NCBI RefSeq assembly: GCF_044704955.1
Contig: NC_091994.1
Coordinates: 43,152,001-43,216,000, forward strand
Reading direction: 5' to 3'
Length of the DNA stretch: 64,000 bases
Source: Pristiophorus japonicus
Lineage: Eukaryota
Both the position numbers and the translations under genes were made by a program. Position 1 is the stretch's first letter. The number at the start of each line of letters is the position of its first letter. Below are positions 39,580-52,699 of this stretch, one piece after another. The notes under the pieces are model-generated. The model ran no database searches and was not told the DNA's origin. It saw only the letters and a program-made list of their open reading frames with translations.

Positions 39580-42500
39580 ATGGAGCTTTCCCTCTTTGTG
39601 ATGTGCATCCTGACTGTTGTCTCCATGGCGTCGGCTAACCCAATCATAGACGAGGAATGGGAAATCTGGAAGCAGTCTTATGCGAAGAGCTATCCTCGCG
39701 TGGTAAGAAATCTAGGCTGATGCTCTGGTAGAGCACTGAGGGACCATTGCATTGTTTGAGGGGGTCTATCGAAACTGTGGCCCCATCTGCCTGTTAATAT
39801 TGTTCAGTTGGATGTGAAGGATCCCACAGCAGTAATCGAAGAGCATGGTTTCCCTCAAATTGTCCTTCCGTGGTGGTTTAGAGATTTACTGCCAACCAGG
39901 GACATGGTGGCTGTTGGCCATTTATTTCAGTCACATCACTGGGGGTGCATGTCCGATTTATCCAACTCCTGCCTGACATACCATGATCTGCTTTAGCCAG
40001 TAATCCATTCCTTCTGTCTAATGTTCTGTGGGAAAGAAATACTGTGTAATCTCAAGCCTTGCTTCAGATGTATGCAGCTGTATTCATCTCTTAGTTGTTT
40101 TGCTCACAGTTTGCATCCTAGAGTTAATCATACTTTATCAAAATGAAGCATGAACCGTTGTCTTGCTACCCCTGCGGTTCTTTTTAATTCTTGCCAAAAT
40201 CATCTCTAGAAGCTCCTTTCATTCCTCCTTTCCTTTCTTTGCTCCTGATGTTTCAATGGCCAGCTCTGTCCCAGAGAGAAGTTTGATCGTTTGGTTCACT
40301 TTTCTTCTCCAAATCTAATTTTGATGATCCTGGTCATCATTCTCCTTCCTTTGCTACAATCTGTTCTACTGCTGTGGCTGACATCAAATGTAATTACACC
40401 TACTTGGATACTCAGTTGTCTTCACTCCTGGAGTAAACACACTGTTCATAACTTGGTCAACCGTACCTTCCTTTTACTTGTAGCCAACCAATAATATAGG
40501 GCATTGGGTGCCGCTAACAGCAAAGTGCAGTAACTCAATCTTCTTTGTGCAGGAAGAAGATCAGGCCAGGAGAGCAGTATGGCTGGAAAACCTGGTGAAG
40601 ATTGCAGCTCACAATGCTCAATATAGTCAAGGAAATTCAACGTATGAAATGTCCATGAATCAATTTGGAGACTTGGTGAGTGATGCAAATGTTACACGGT
40701 CAGAATTGCTGATTGGTACTGGACATGATGGAGAACAACATTAGATCATTTAACCAAACCTGTCTCTGGTTCACAGGACAAGAATATATCAGCTGGATTC
40801 ACTGCTATGGCCTGTGGTCCACTTGTCATTCCCAACTATGCAACTAATTTAAAGTGAGCAAAACATTCCCATGATCCATCAATCACCCAGCACCACCGCA
40901 TTCTCAGAGTAACTGGGGGTGGGCAATATGAGTAGCCTTGCCAGTGATACCCAAATCCTGAGAAAAAATATTTTTTACAAGGAACATGGAAATCTGAAAG
41001 AATACAGAATCAGAAAAGATTCTGTAATCCATCTGGCAGATCTGAAAATCTAATGTATCTCAATCACCCACTCACTCCCTCAAACATCGATCCAATTCTC
41101 TGTTAACCTTTTCTGCACTACCTGCCTCCACTGTCTTGGTGGGCAGTCTAATCCACACATTCACCTCCTCTGTGTAAAGTAGTTAAATCTCAACTGCCCG
41201 TGTATCTCTTTTCTCAGCTTGTGCCCAGATCTCCTTGTTCTGCAATCTGTGATTATCTCAAACATATTATTTGGATTTATTTATGTTTTCCCTCAAGGCT
41301 CTCAAGTACTTGAATAATATCTCCCCTGAGACTTCTCCCCTCCAGAGTAAAAAATCCCAGGCTTTTTAACTGACCTCATAACTTCAATATCTTAACCTAG
41401 ATATCAGTTTGTTTTCCCTTTTCTGCATTGCTTCCAGTACCTTGTTATTCTTGCTGCGATACTGCACCCAGAATTATGCATCAACACAGCTCCATTCACA
41501 ACCACACTTCACTTTCGCTGGTTTAGCCAATTGTCAATCCACCTCCGAAGCCTGCCTCGTATTTCATGCCTCCGTGTCTTGTGGACTAGTTTCTTTTGCG
41601 GCCCGGCGCCAAAAACCTTGCTTAAAATCAAAATATATCACCTCTGCAGAATTTCTGACGTCCGATTCCTCAAAGGACACCAGGAAACCTGATAGGCAAG
41701 ACCTTTCTGCCATAACTCCCCTTTCACTATTATATTTGTATATAATATCCTATTATATTTGTAGGAATGGTTGCATTTCTTGCAATATTTCCTATTATCC
41801 TAACCGCATTTCCTATTTTAGTTATTCTGACCAGTCTCCTAACCTCCTTTTACCTTCCTTTTATATGTATCTCAGTCTACTGTGTTGCCCATAGCTTTAT
41901 ACTTTAAGAACAATCTTTTGCCCATATTCTCCACAGTACTTCCTGCATCAGTCTTTCCCCTCTGTCACCCTCCATCTCTACTGGTATGTATCTCCTCACT
42001 GTTTCCTATTTCTAAGCATCATCCACTTCCATGTATTCTCCATTTAATTGTGCTCTCCAGTCCAGTACAGTTGATCCATTCCTCATCCCTTCAAAATCTC
42101 CCTTTTTAAGGATAAATGCTTCCACTGAATCGATCTGCCTTCGATCCTAAGCCGAACCTTAAACTATACCATGTTATAGTGACTTTTGCCACAGTATTCT
42201 TTTAACTCTGACCTGCTCTACCTAGTTATTATTTAATATCCAGTCCAACAATGCCACTGCCTACAGGAATTTATTGATCAATTGTTCCATGCAACAATCC
42301 AATTTTAAGTCCAGGATCAAACTTTCTCTCCTACAGCACCTTTTAAAGATTCACTAATCTCTTCCTGATAAAGTGATGTTATCCACAACACTGGCACCTG
42401 TTCCTATAGATGCCTCCCTTGTTGACTTCAAACTTCTTCATCCCATTCCCCCTCTTGACCTGGTCTACAGCAGATGCCAAGAGCTAGTCTCTTGTCCCTA

Positions 42501-45500
42501 TTCACAGGGGTTCCATCTCATACCCACACCTCGGCCAGAAAGATCTGTCTCTGTTATAATCCAATTGTCTTTCACATAAAACTTGGCTGCAAATTACAAA
42601 CAATGGAATGATATGGAGCTACAATTGCGTAAAGAAACTGATTTTGGCTTTGCATGTTTAGTAGAAATAGCTCTGCAGTAAGTATTATGCAACCATTTCT
42701 CCCAGACGCCCGTGGAGTTTGTTCAATTGTACACTGATGCAAGGATCTATGAAATGGCAAATTACATGGACGAGGCTTTGTTGGATGTTGAAGTGGAGGA
42801 ACTGGAAGAAGTGGAGGAAGTGGGTGCTCTTCCCAGAAGTGTGGACTGGAGTCAAACGGACCTTGTTGGAAAAGTACAGAACCAGGTACCGGCTACTTTC
42901 CACACTGTCTCTTCAATGCCTCAGTGCAGCACTGTTGAAACTTTTGTGTTTGTTGGGGCTGGAGAATGATTCCTGATGAATATTTTCACCCTGAGGATTG
43001 TTCAAGGCACTAATAACCCTTGGGGACCTCTAACTTTAAACATTTATAATCACCTTGGGGCCAAAATTGATGACCTTACCGCCCACTGCCGCCGACTGCG
43101 GCCGAGATCTGCCGACATTCCTCTCCGGGTTGCGCCCAGTGCCAGTTTGCACTTGGGCTGGAGTGGGCAGGAGGGGAGAAATGCCGGGAACCCCCGCTGA
43201 TGTCAGCGGATGGCCAAGTGGCGCAATTGACCTCCTGCCCACCGAGATGCCAGATTGGTGCGGGTGGGAGTCGGCGGGAGTCGGCGCCAGCAAGGGGAAG
43301 GACCTCCGCGAGGAGGCTGGTCTAACCCCCAAGGTAAGTTTAAAACACTGGAAAAAAAGGTCAGTGAACTTTTTAATAAAAATGTTTTCAAGCGACTTAC
43401 CTTAATGGGTCTTCCTTGACCCTGAAGGTATTCCGGGTAATTTATTTTCCCAATCATGTTTATTTGAACGTCTTCAACTTCATCCTCGGCGGCACTACGG
43501 CGGCAAGAAACTTTGTCGCCAGGATTGGGAGTTCCCGCCCGCTCCCGCCCAGTTTGACGGTGTATGTCGCTCGTTTGCTGCCAGCCCAACTTTTAAATTA
43601 TTTTTCAGCCATTTCCCGCACAAAATGCTGTCTGGTCTCTCAGCAACCATTGACGGCCTTTTGGGTGGGACTTGGCCTTCACCAGGTTTGGCCCCCACTT
43701 TGTTTGACAGAAGTTTGAGCTGTGGGAACGAGACAGCAGGAGGAAAGATTCAAGGGTGCAGTTCCCCCAAGAGACAGTAGGTAGATAATGAGGACAGCAG
43801 CAGGCAATTGGGTTATAAGTGTTCGTTCTTATCTGACACTTTAGGTGCCTGGCAAATGCTCAAGGGTCCAAAATAGAATAATCATAGCTGATTTACGTGG
43901 GCTTTTAGTGCTTTTAAATTATGGAATCACATGCTTGAAACAAACAGTGAAAAGGAGCAGCTTGTGTGAAGTGTACAATCTCGCCCGTCTGTGTCCAGAT
44001 TATAGAATCATAGAATCTTAGAAGTTTACAGCATGGAAGGAGGCCATTTAGGCCCATTGTGTCCATGCGATCCAAACATCATCTGTCCTATTGGTTACTT
44101 GTGAGAATTGTTCCAGGGGGCAAAGGTACCCAGATATTGATGTGAATTGAAACTAGGATCCAGGAGACCAGCTGAAGTTGGGCCTTGGGGTTTGGGACAA
44201 CAATGGGAGCCTGGACTCCCCTTTAACAGAAGCATGGTGTGGTTTGCCCAATGTCACCACGCTGCTGCACTTGAGAAAGCACAGAGGCGGCATGGATGGA
44301 AGCCATGCAGCCATTTACCCTCCTCGGCCACCACCACGTGTCCCTCCTCACCTGCACACTGTAACTCACTCGGTTCTTGCTTCTCAAGCTCATTGAAGCC
44401 TCGGAGATGTGTGTAGCTATGCTGCTGCCCACAAATGGTGAGAGGGACTGGGGAGCTGTGTGGTGCCACCTCAGCATGTGCTGTAGCTTGGACTCCTCAA
44501 AGTGAATGGATACACAGGTAAGGGCAGTTGTCTGGAATTCAATATTGTGCAGAACAGAGTTCATGTACTTTCTGTCCCTACGGGAGAGGTTCTTGGCATT
44601 CATGGTTGAGACAAAAGGGAAATCAATATCTTGCCTTTGAGCACTATTCGCTTTCAATCAAAGTGGTGATGATTGTGAAGAAAATGTTTGAACTTTTTGA
44701 CCATTGCCAACTGATCTGCTTTCCCGACAGGGCCCATGTCTGTCCTGCTATGCGTTTGGTGCAATTGGAGCTCTGGAAGGACAATTGGCCAAGAGAACGC
44801 AACAATACAAGGAACTGAGTGTACAAAACGTTATTGACTGTTCAGATAAATATAAAAATTATGGGTGCCAGGGAGGCATTCCATATCGTGCCTTCCAATA
44901 CATACGTGACAATGGCATTGAATCTAGTAAATCGTACCCCTACAAAGCAAAGGTACACTTACTGCCTGACTGTTCCCATTTCACACAGTTGAACGTGGCT
45001 GTCCATTATCAGTTCTGAAAGATATTCTGATTTAAGGCACAGCCCTCATTGGACTTTAAGGAACTGTGTTTACAGATGCTGCTGGTTTCTGAATGTCCTC
45101 ATGTATATTGGCAATCACATTACATTCTTCAACTCTGCAGTAGGAAGGTCTTTTATCCCTAAAGTGCATCAGTGGAATGAATTTTCCATTGTCCTTTCCC
45201 AAAAGCCCCACTCTCTCCCTAAGTGGTCATTTCTGAATGGTAACACCTTTCAATAATGCTCACTCTTTGATCATAGGTGGGAAAAGTCATCAGAAAACAC
45301 ACTCCTGCTGCATTTATAATCTCCATTTCTCCACTTCTGGTAGAAATGGCTGTAAAGATTAACTTGTTAATTGAACCGTTCTTCAAATATGAAACCTTGA
45401 TTGCGATTGGCCTCGAAACCATGGCTGGAATCACAGTTGTGTTTGAAACTTCCCTACTTAATGCCTATGGACAACGTCTTCCAGTGGGGTCATGGATAGA

Positions 45501-47958
45501 GATCAGGAGTTGAAACCCTGACCAAATTTTTCTCCTTATGCCAGGGGCACTTAAGTCAAATTGTAGTAGCTCCTAGTAACTACCCCAGCAGAGGTTCATT
45601 AACTCAGCACAGAGCAGAAATTAAACAGAGACCACTTAGCTGTGTACAGCGAAGTTGCTCAGTGAATAAGCAGCTGAACCATTGAGCAGTTGAGAGTTAG
45701 ATCATAGCAGGAGCAGGTTGGAGATTAGAGGAAGTGGCCAGATGGACTGTTGAAGATATAGGGGTTAAGGAGGCTTTTGAAGTGGAGAGGAATGTAGCAA
45801 GGCGAAGGATTTATATCGAGAGAGCCCGAGTGGGTGGATAGGCGTGTGGGGGCATTGTGTCCAGATGGGTCTGCCACTGATAGTAGAGTGGAGAGGACAG
45901 GGGAATGCACAGGAGACAAGAGTTGGAGGGTGTGATTAGGAATGTTAGGCCTAGAGGAGTTTGCAGAGTTTGGGATGAGCAAGACTGTGCTGAGACTTCA
46001 AGAAGAGGGCGAGGGTTTTGACATCGATGATAGTGGAGGACGGCAAGGGCTGGGGGGATGTGTGAGTGGGATTTTGTGTGTGACGGGATGTGGGTTTGAC
46101 AGTTTATGGAAATGATTATCTGTTGATTTGCTAAACAGATTTTATTTTTTTTAATAACAGAAAAACACAGAGTGCTTATTCAGTAGCTCTAAGAGTGTCA
46201 CCACAATTAAAGGATTCAGAAGGATTAAGCACTACGAGGACAAAAATTTAGCTGAAATGGTGGCAAGTGTTGGACCAATTGCTGTAATCATTCATTCATC
46301 ACATCCTTCCTGGATGTTTTACAAGTCAGGTAAAGAATATTCTAATCTTTTATTCTTTCACCATGGTTCAGATCCTACCTCGCAAACTCACTGTACAAGA
46401 CATCAATGTAAGAGCAACAATGGAGTTCCACTTCATCTCCAGAGGCAGGCTCTGCAGCCACTATACCCCTGCTCTCTGGAATTATCATCCGAAGCATCTG
46501 CACTTTACTATCTCTCTTCTCTTCTTTGGAATTCTTCATTGAGTTTGGCCTCGTTGACCATGCCTTCGGTTACCTTCCCTAACAACTTCCTGTTTGGTGT
46601 CCCTGGGCAATTTGCTTTGTGGGAGATGCTATATGAATGCAAAATCTTGTTGCTCTGTCCTTCACAATCTGACATAATGTTATTTCCGATGTGAGTTTGG
46701 AATTGTTTATGTCTACAGCTCCATCCTCCATTTTATAGGTATCTATGACAATGACGAATGCAACATCAAACATATTGACCATGTAGTGCTCTTGGTAGGG
46801 TATGTGGATCTGCATCCAAAAGGCTACTGGATCATTAAAAACAGGTAAATAATATCTACAGGTAAAGGACAGTCAGCCTTGCTGAAAAGCTTCAGAATCG
46901 CAGAGATTATACAGAGAGGGTGATGCCAAAGAATGCCTGGGCATCAGCTATATATTGATGAGGGAGGATTAAGGAACAGAGACTTCAGTTGACCTAGCTG
47001 AAGTTTTCAGGGGTATGAAAATGAGACAAATTGTGAACCAATGCAGTAAAATATATGATTGGACAAAATACTATTTTGGCAGCACGATTTTTTATTTCCC
47101 GTCGCACCTCGTATGGTAAATATAATGAGAATACATAACCCTGCTGCAGTGTGGTATATACTCACTGGCAACTTAGCAGTCCCTTAACTAACTGGTGCTT
47201 ATCTTTACCCTCACAAGCTGTATATGTTTGCTCCTTCACCTGGAGTATGTCAGCCTCACTTTGGCTGAGTAGAAAGTGTGAGCTCTTTGTCTCTCTGGCT
47301 GCCTCAGATTGACTTCCCAGGTAGAGAGGAGAGAGGCAAAAGCTAATCTTTGATCCTTCCTCAACTCTATGCATTGAATATTGCCCAGCTGCCAATCGAT
47401 GGTTCCACATTGAGTGAAACCCCACCCAGCCCCCTTCACATAATGTGGGAGCTCACTATATTGTCTGATTAGCTAAGTCCTCTGCTGCGTACATTGAATG
47501 ATAACCATCCTTGCATTAAGGGTACATACAAACTGCTACGGGATGTGCTCAAAGGATCCTCATTGTCTCACAGCTAATGTGGTATGCAAGAGTACACAAT
47601 TAAATTGGCTCTTTCATCTGTTGTTCCACCTAATTATCCTAATCACCTCTCGACATGGATTTGTACTTCTACAGAAGTAAACCCTTTGTAAACTGACCCA
47701 GCATTCTGTCGGTAACATCATCTAAATTAAACCAAAATCCATTCAAGCCACTTCAAAAAATATCAAATGTTACAAAGTAAATTTGCAAGGATCCTTAACA
47801 TGTTCACTTGGGATGTGACTAGACTGGGCTTAGATATTCACAAATATTCTTGCTTTTCCAGCTGGGGACCAAACTGGGGAGAGGACGGCTACATGCGGCT
47901 GATCAAGGGCAAGAACATGTGTGGGATTAACTACAGTGCTTCGTATCCTGTAATCTGA
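39580..47958 (+). CDS. Gene B: cathepsin L/K/S-like cysteine protease (peptidase C1A with I29 propeptide), 7 coding exons, 339 aa
   Basis: Coding exons are 39580-39702, 40553-40675, 42706-42885, 44731-44952, 46161-46329, 46739-46844 and 47862-47958. All are GT-AG and the frame is open. Motifs match gene A, with 3 amino-acid differences (E/V, M/V, K/N). Confidence 0.94.
43057..43696 (+). mobile_element. GC-rich MITE-like DNA transposon in intron 3 of gene B
   Basis: Short TIRs GGGGCCAAA...TTTGGCCCC. It is absent from gene A at 8336-8340, and a related copy lies at 59266-59915. Confidence 0.8.
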
Positions 47959-48257
47959 ATACTCTCCACTTCAATAACAAAAGCAATCACTCAGATGAAA
48001 TTATTTTAGATGACTTAAAAGTTTTGTGTGAATTATATTGTAACTAAGATGCCAGCTTCCTGGCCAAATCTGTAATAAAGACTCATTTGTCTCCAGAACC
48101 AGCATGGAACCGAACCCACTGCTTTCAACCTCCTGTGTTCAAAACCTTGTTCACATTGTGAAGAGTATTTGGTAAGTGTGTTGCTGGGTTGTTTGAATAG
48201 TGCTTCTCGTAAAGAATAAAAGAAAATTTCAAAGAATCTGACTGTCATTGTCTACTT

Positions 48258-49582
48258 AGAAACATAGAAAAATAGGTGCAGGAGTAGGCCATTCGGCCCT
48301 TCGAGCCTGCACCGCCATTCAATAAGATCATGGCCGATCATTACTTCAGTACCCCTTTCCTGCTTTCTCTCCATACCCCTTGATCCCCTTAACCGTAAGA
48401 GCCGTATCTAAATCCCTCTTGAATATATCCAATGAACTGGCATCAACACTCTCTGCGGCAGGGAATTCCCCAGGTTAACAACTCTCTGAATGAAGAAGTT
48501 TCTCCTCATCTCAGTCCTAAATGGCCTACCCCTTATCCTAAGACTATATCCCCTGGTTCTGGACTTCCCCAACATCGGGAACATTCTTCCCGCATCTAAC
48601 CTGTCTAGTCCCGTCAGAATCTTATATGTTTCTATGAGATCCCCTTTCATCTTTCTAAACTCCAGTGAATAAAGGCCCAGTTGATCCAGTCTCTCCTCAT
48701 GTGAGAGCCCAGCCATCCCTGAAATTAGTCTGGTGAACCTTCGCTGTACTCCCTCAATAGCAAGAATGTCCTTCCTCAGACTAGGAGACCAAAACTGAAC
48801 ACAATATTCCAGGTGAGGCCTCACTAAGGCCCTGTACAACTGCAGTAAGACCTCCCTGCTTCTATATTTAAATCCCCTAGCTATGAAAGCCAACATACCA
48901 TTTGCCTTCTTCACCATCTGCTGTACCTGCGTGCCCACTTTCAGTGACTGATGAACCATGACACCCAGGTCTCGTTGCACCTCCCCTTTTCCTAATCTGC
49001 CGCCATTCAGATAATATTCTGCCTTCGTGTTTTTGCCCCCAAAATGGCTAACTTCACATTTATCCACATTATACTGCATCTACCATGCATTTGCCCACTC
49101 ACCTAACCTGTCCAAATGACCCTGCAGCCTCTTAGCATCCTCCTCACAGCTCACACCGCCACCCAGTTTAGTGTCATCTGCAAACTTGGAGATATTACAC
49201 TCAATTCCTTCATGTAAATCGTTAATGTATATTGTAAAGAGCTGGGTTCCCAGCACTGAGCCCTGCGGCACTCCACTAGTCACTGACTGCCATTCTGAAA
49301 AGGACCCGTTTATCCCGACTCTCTGCTTCCTGTCTGCCAACCAGTTCCCTATCCACGTCAGTATATTACCCCCAATACCATGTGCTTTGACTTTGCACAA
49401 CAATCTCTTGTGCGGTACCTTGTCAAAAGCCTTCTGAAAGTCCAAATACACCACATCCACTGGTTCTCCCTTGTCCACTCTGCTAGTTACATCCTCAAAA
49501 ATTCCAGAAGATTCATCAAGCATGATTTCCCTTTCATAAATCCATGCTGACTTGATCCGATCCTGTCACCGCTTTCCAAATG
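48258..49582 (-). mobile_element. Young 5'-truncated CR1 LINE inserted just downstream of gene B
   Basis: Well-preserved RT ORFs at 48408-49079 and 49080-49523. The empty site is visible in the left arm (3175-3200). Confidence 0.93.
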
Positions 49583-50564
49583 CTTCTAGTGAGGGATTGC
49601 GAAAGTTGTTTGAATAAGAGAACTATAAAGAATATAGGATGTGACCATGTGAGTGGTAGGACACTAGGCGGTTCAAGTGGAATAAACCACTGGCACATAT
49701 CTCGATGGGACAAATGGCCCACTTTATGGCTGCAATTTGATGATTTTAAAACAGCTTGCAAAATCTCAGGAGACACTTTGCTCCAGCTTACCTTTATACA
49801 TCTGTTCCCAGGATGAGGACAGTGCTGGAAAGGCCACAATAATTGCCTATCTCTAATTGCCTGTGAGATGGTACTGGTGGTTCTTTGTGAAACACTATAG
49901 TCTTTATGGTGATGATGCTCCCATGCTGGTGTTTGGTGGTAAGCTGCAGTATTTTGAACCAATGCAGCAATGGTGAAGGCACGGTATATTTTCATGTCAG
50001 GATGGTGTGTGGCTCGGAGGTGATGGTCTTTCCATTATACTGCTGCTCGTGTCCTCCTTAGTGGTAGCAGTTGTGGGGCTGCAACGTGCTATTGAAGACA
50101 GCTTGGTGAGTTGCTGCCGTGCATCTGGAAGTTAATTATTGCCATAGTGCACTGCGGGATGTTGTGTAGTAGGAGTGCCGAACAAGTGACTGGTCTGTTG
50201 TGAATTATATTATGTTTCTTGAGTGCTGTTATGGCAGCACGCATCAAAATGAATGATGAGTGTTCCATCACACTCATGACTTGAGCCTTGCAGATTGTGG
50301 AGAGAGTTTAAAGGATCAAGAGGGGAGCCATTTGAACCAGGCTTCCTACTTTAACTACATACACATTCATTGAAAAGAATACGTTTCAGCGCAACAACGA
50401 TTTAACTAATCATTTACTTAAAACATAAAATGTTGCAAGAACATATGTTTAGCATATGACAAAAGACAGATTTATGTTTCCGACAAAGAAGAAATGACTT
50501 ACAACTTCATCATGCCTTATAACATCTCAATTCTCTTCATATACTTTGAATCGTAGTTACTATT

Positions 50565-50816
50565 TGTAAAGTCCTGTCCCCTCAGTACAGATTCACACGA
50601 GGCATGTAGTGAAGTCAAGGTCACTCTGGACCTGCACCTTTATTTCACAGCTCTGGAATGCTGCACTTGCCTGAGACCTGCCCTTATATACCTGTCTCTT
50701 GCAAGTGCACCCCTGGTGGTAAGGTATGCTGGTGGTTACAGGTCATATCTTACTTATTACAGTCTTGTATAGCATGTTAGGATACAGTTATATATAATAA
50801 TGTAAGATACATGACA
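50565..50816 (-). mobile_element. Solo LTR (Gypsy-type) with perfect 5-bp TSD CTATT
   Basis: On the minus strand it reads TGTCATGTAT...TTTACA, with TATATAA and AATAAA. CTATT occurs at 50560-50564 and 50817-50821. It splits a Deu-domain SINE. Confidence 0.85.
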
Positions 50817-51268
50817 CTATTGTTATGTAGGCAAGCACTTCAGCCATTTTGCACACAGCAAAATCCCGCACTGACAGCAATGCGATGAATGATTGGATAA
50901 TCTCTTTTTGGTGATGTTAGTTTAGGGATGAATGTTGTTTGGGATAGTGGGAAAACATCGTATTCCTCTAAAGCTGTGGGATCTCTATCGTCCACTTGAA
51001 CAGCGAGATATCGATTGGGTTTAACATTTTCTCTAAAGGGTGGCACCTCCGAAAACAACAACAACATAGTTAAAAAGCACTTTTAACGTAGTAAAACATC
51101 CTAAGGCGCTTCACAGGAGCGTTCTAAAACAAAATTTGACAACGAGCCACATAAGGAGATAATTGAACAGATGACCAAAAGCTTGGTCAAAGTGGTAGGT
51201 TTAAAGGAGCATCTTAAAGGAGGAAAGAGAGGTATGCTGCACTGGAGTATCAGCATGGATTGTACACG

Positions 51269-52168
51269 CATAGAAACATAGAAAATAGGTGCAGGAGTAG
51301 GCCATTCGGCCCTTCAAGCCTGCACCGCCATTCAATGAGTTCATGGCTAAATAGGCAACTTCAGTACCCCATTCCTGCTTTCTTGCCATATCCCTTGATC
51401 CCCCTAGTAGTAAGGACTACATCTAACTCATTTTTGAATATATTTAGTGAATTGGCCTCAACAACTTTCTGTGGTAGAGAATTCCACAGGTTCGCCACTC
51501 TCTGGGTGAAGAGGTTTCTCCTCATCTCAGTCCTAAATGGCTTACCCCTTATCCTTAGACTATGACCCTTGGTTCTGGACTTCCCCAACATTGGGAATAT
51601 TCTTCCTGCATCTAACCTGTCTAAACCCGTCAGAATTTTAAATGTTTCTATGAAATCCCCTCTCATTCTTCTGAACTCCAGTGAATACCAGCCCAGTTGA
51701 TCCAGTCATTCTTGATATGTCAGTCCTGCCATCCCGGGAATCAGTCTGGTGAACCTTTGCTGCACTCCCTCAATAGCAAGAATTTCCTTCCTCAAGTTAG
51801 GAGACCAAAACTGTACACAATACTCCAGGTGTGGCCTCACCAAGGCCCTGTACAACTGTAGTAACACCTCCCTGTCCCTGTACTCAAATCCCCTCGCAAT
51901 GAAGGCCAACATGCCATTTGCTTTCCTAACTGCCTGCTGCACCTGCATGCCAACCTTCAATGACTGATGTACCATGACACCCAGGTCTCATTGCCCCTCC
52001 CCTTTTCCTAATCTGTCACCATTCAGATAATAGTCTGTCTCTCCGTTTTTACCACCAAAGTGGATAACCTCACACTTATCCACATTATACTTCATCTGCT
52101 ATGCATTTGCCCACTCACCTAACCTATCCAAATCACTCTGCAGCCTCATAGCATCCTTCTTGCAACTC
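51269..52168 (-). mobile_element. CR1 LINE 3' portion
   Basis: ORFs 51361-51666 and 51706-51975, with a CATAGAAA tail. Confidence 0.9.
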
Positions 52169-52699
52169 ATGGCCTAGAAGCAGCTCAAATCCATAACCCT
52201 CTTAACTAGTGATGTTAAATGAAACAGTGTGATGAAATTGGGCAATGATATCATTCTCTTGTGGCTATTCTGTGCAATATGTATTACAAATGCTGGCAAT
52301 GCTGACCACTGCATCAGTCTTCTGTTTGACAGCTGAGGGCAGTGCTGACCTTGATCCTCACTGGACAATGCTGTATCTAAGATGCAGTCAGACTCAGTTA
52401 TCTTTGTAGCCGACAGCAGTTGACTTGCCAACAGTGACAGGACTCTGTAGCTTGCAGTTAAAGGCACTGAAATTCCAGTTTGGATCCAGAGAGCGGATTG
52501 TTCAACAGCGGCCAGAATTTGGGACAGAACCCAGGTGCCTGGTTATTGGCTTGAAGTCATTTTCTGGTGGGTGGGGGAGGGGATTGGTCGCAGATCAATC
52601 TCCGCCATCTCCTGCCTACGTCAAGCGGCATGTCAGTGGGAGATCCCAAGAACCCTGCGAAATTCCTCCCTTTACTCCCACTTGGGTCTTGCACCAGGT

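Larger units (their letters stand above)
36983..49846 (+). repeat. Right arm of the inverted segmental duplication (partner 2925-14320)
   Basis: Reverse complement of the left arm, with arm-specific insertions (MITE 43057-43696, CR1 48258-49582). Confidence 0.95.

Noticed and set aside
43036-43718. Cluster of overlapping GC-rich ORFs (also 17608-18322 and 59276-59993)
   Set aside because: They are a by-product of high GC content in non-autonomous DNA transposons, and no protein motifs are present.
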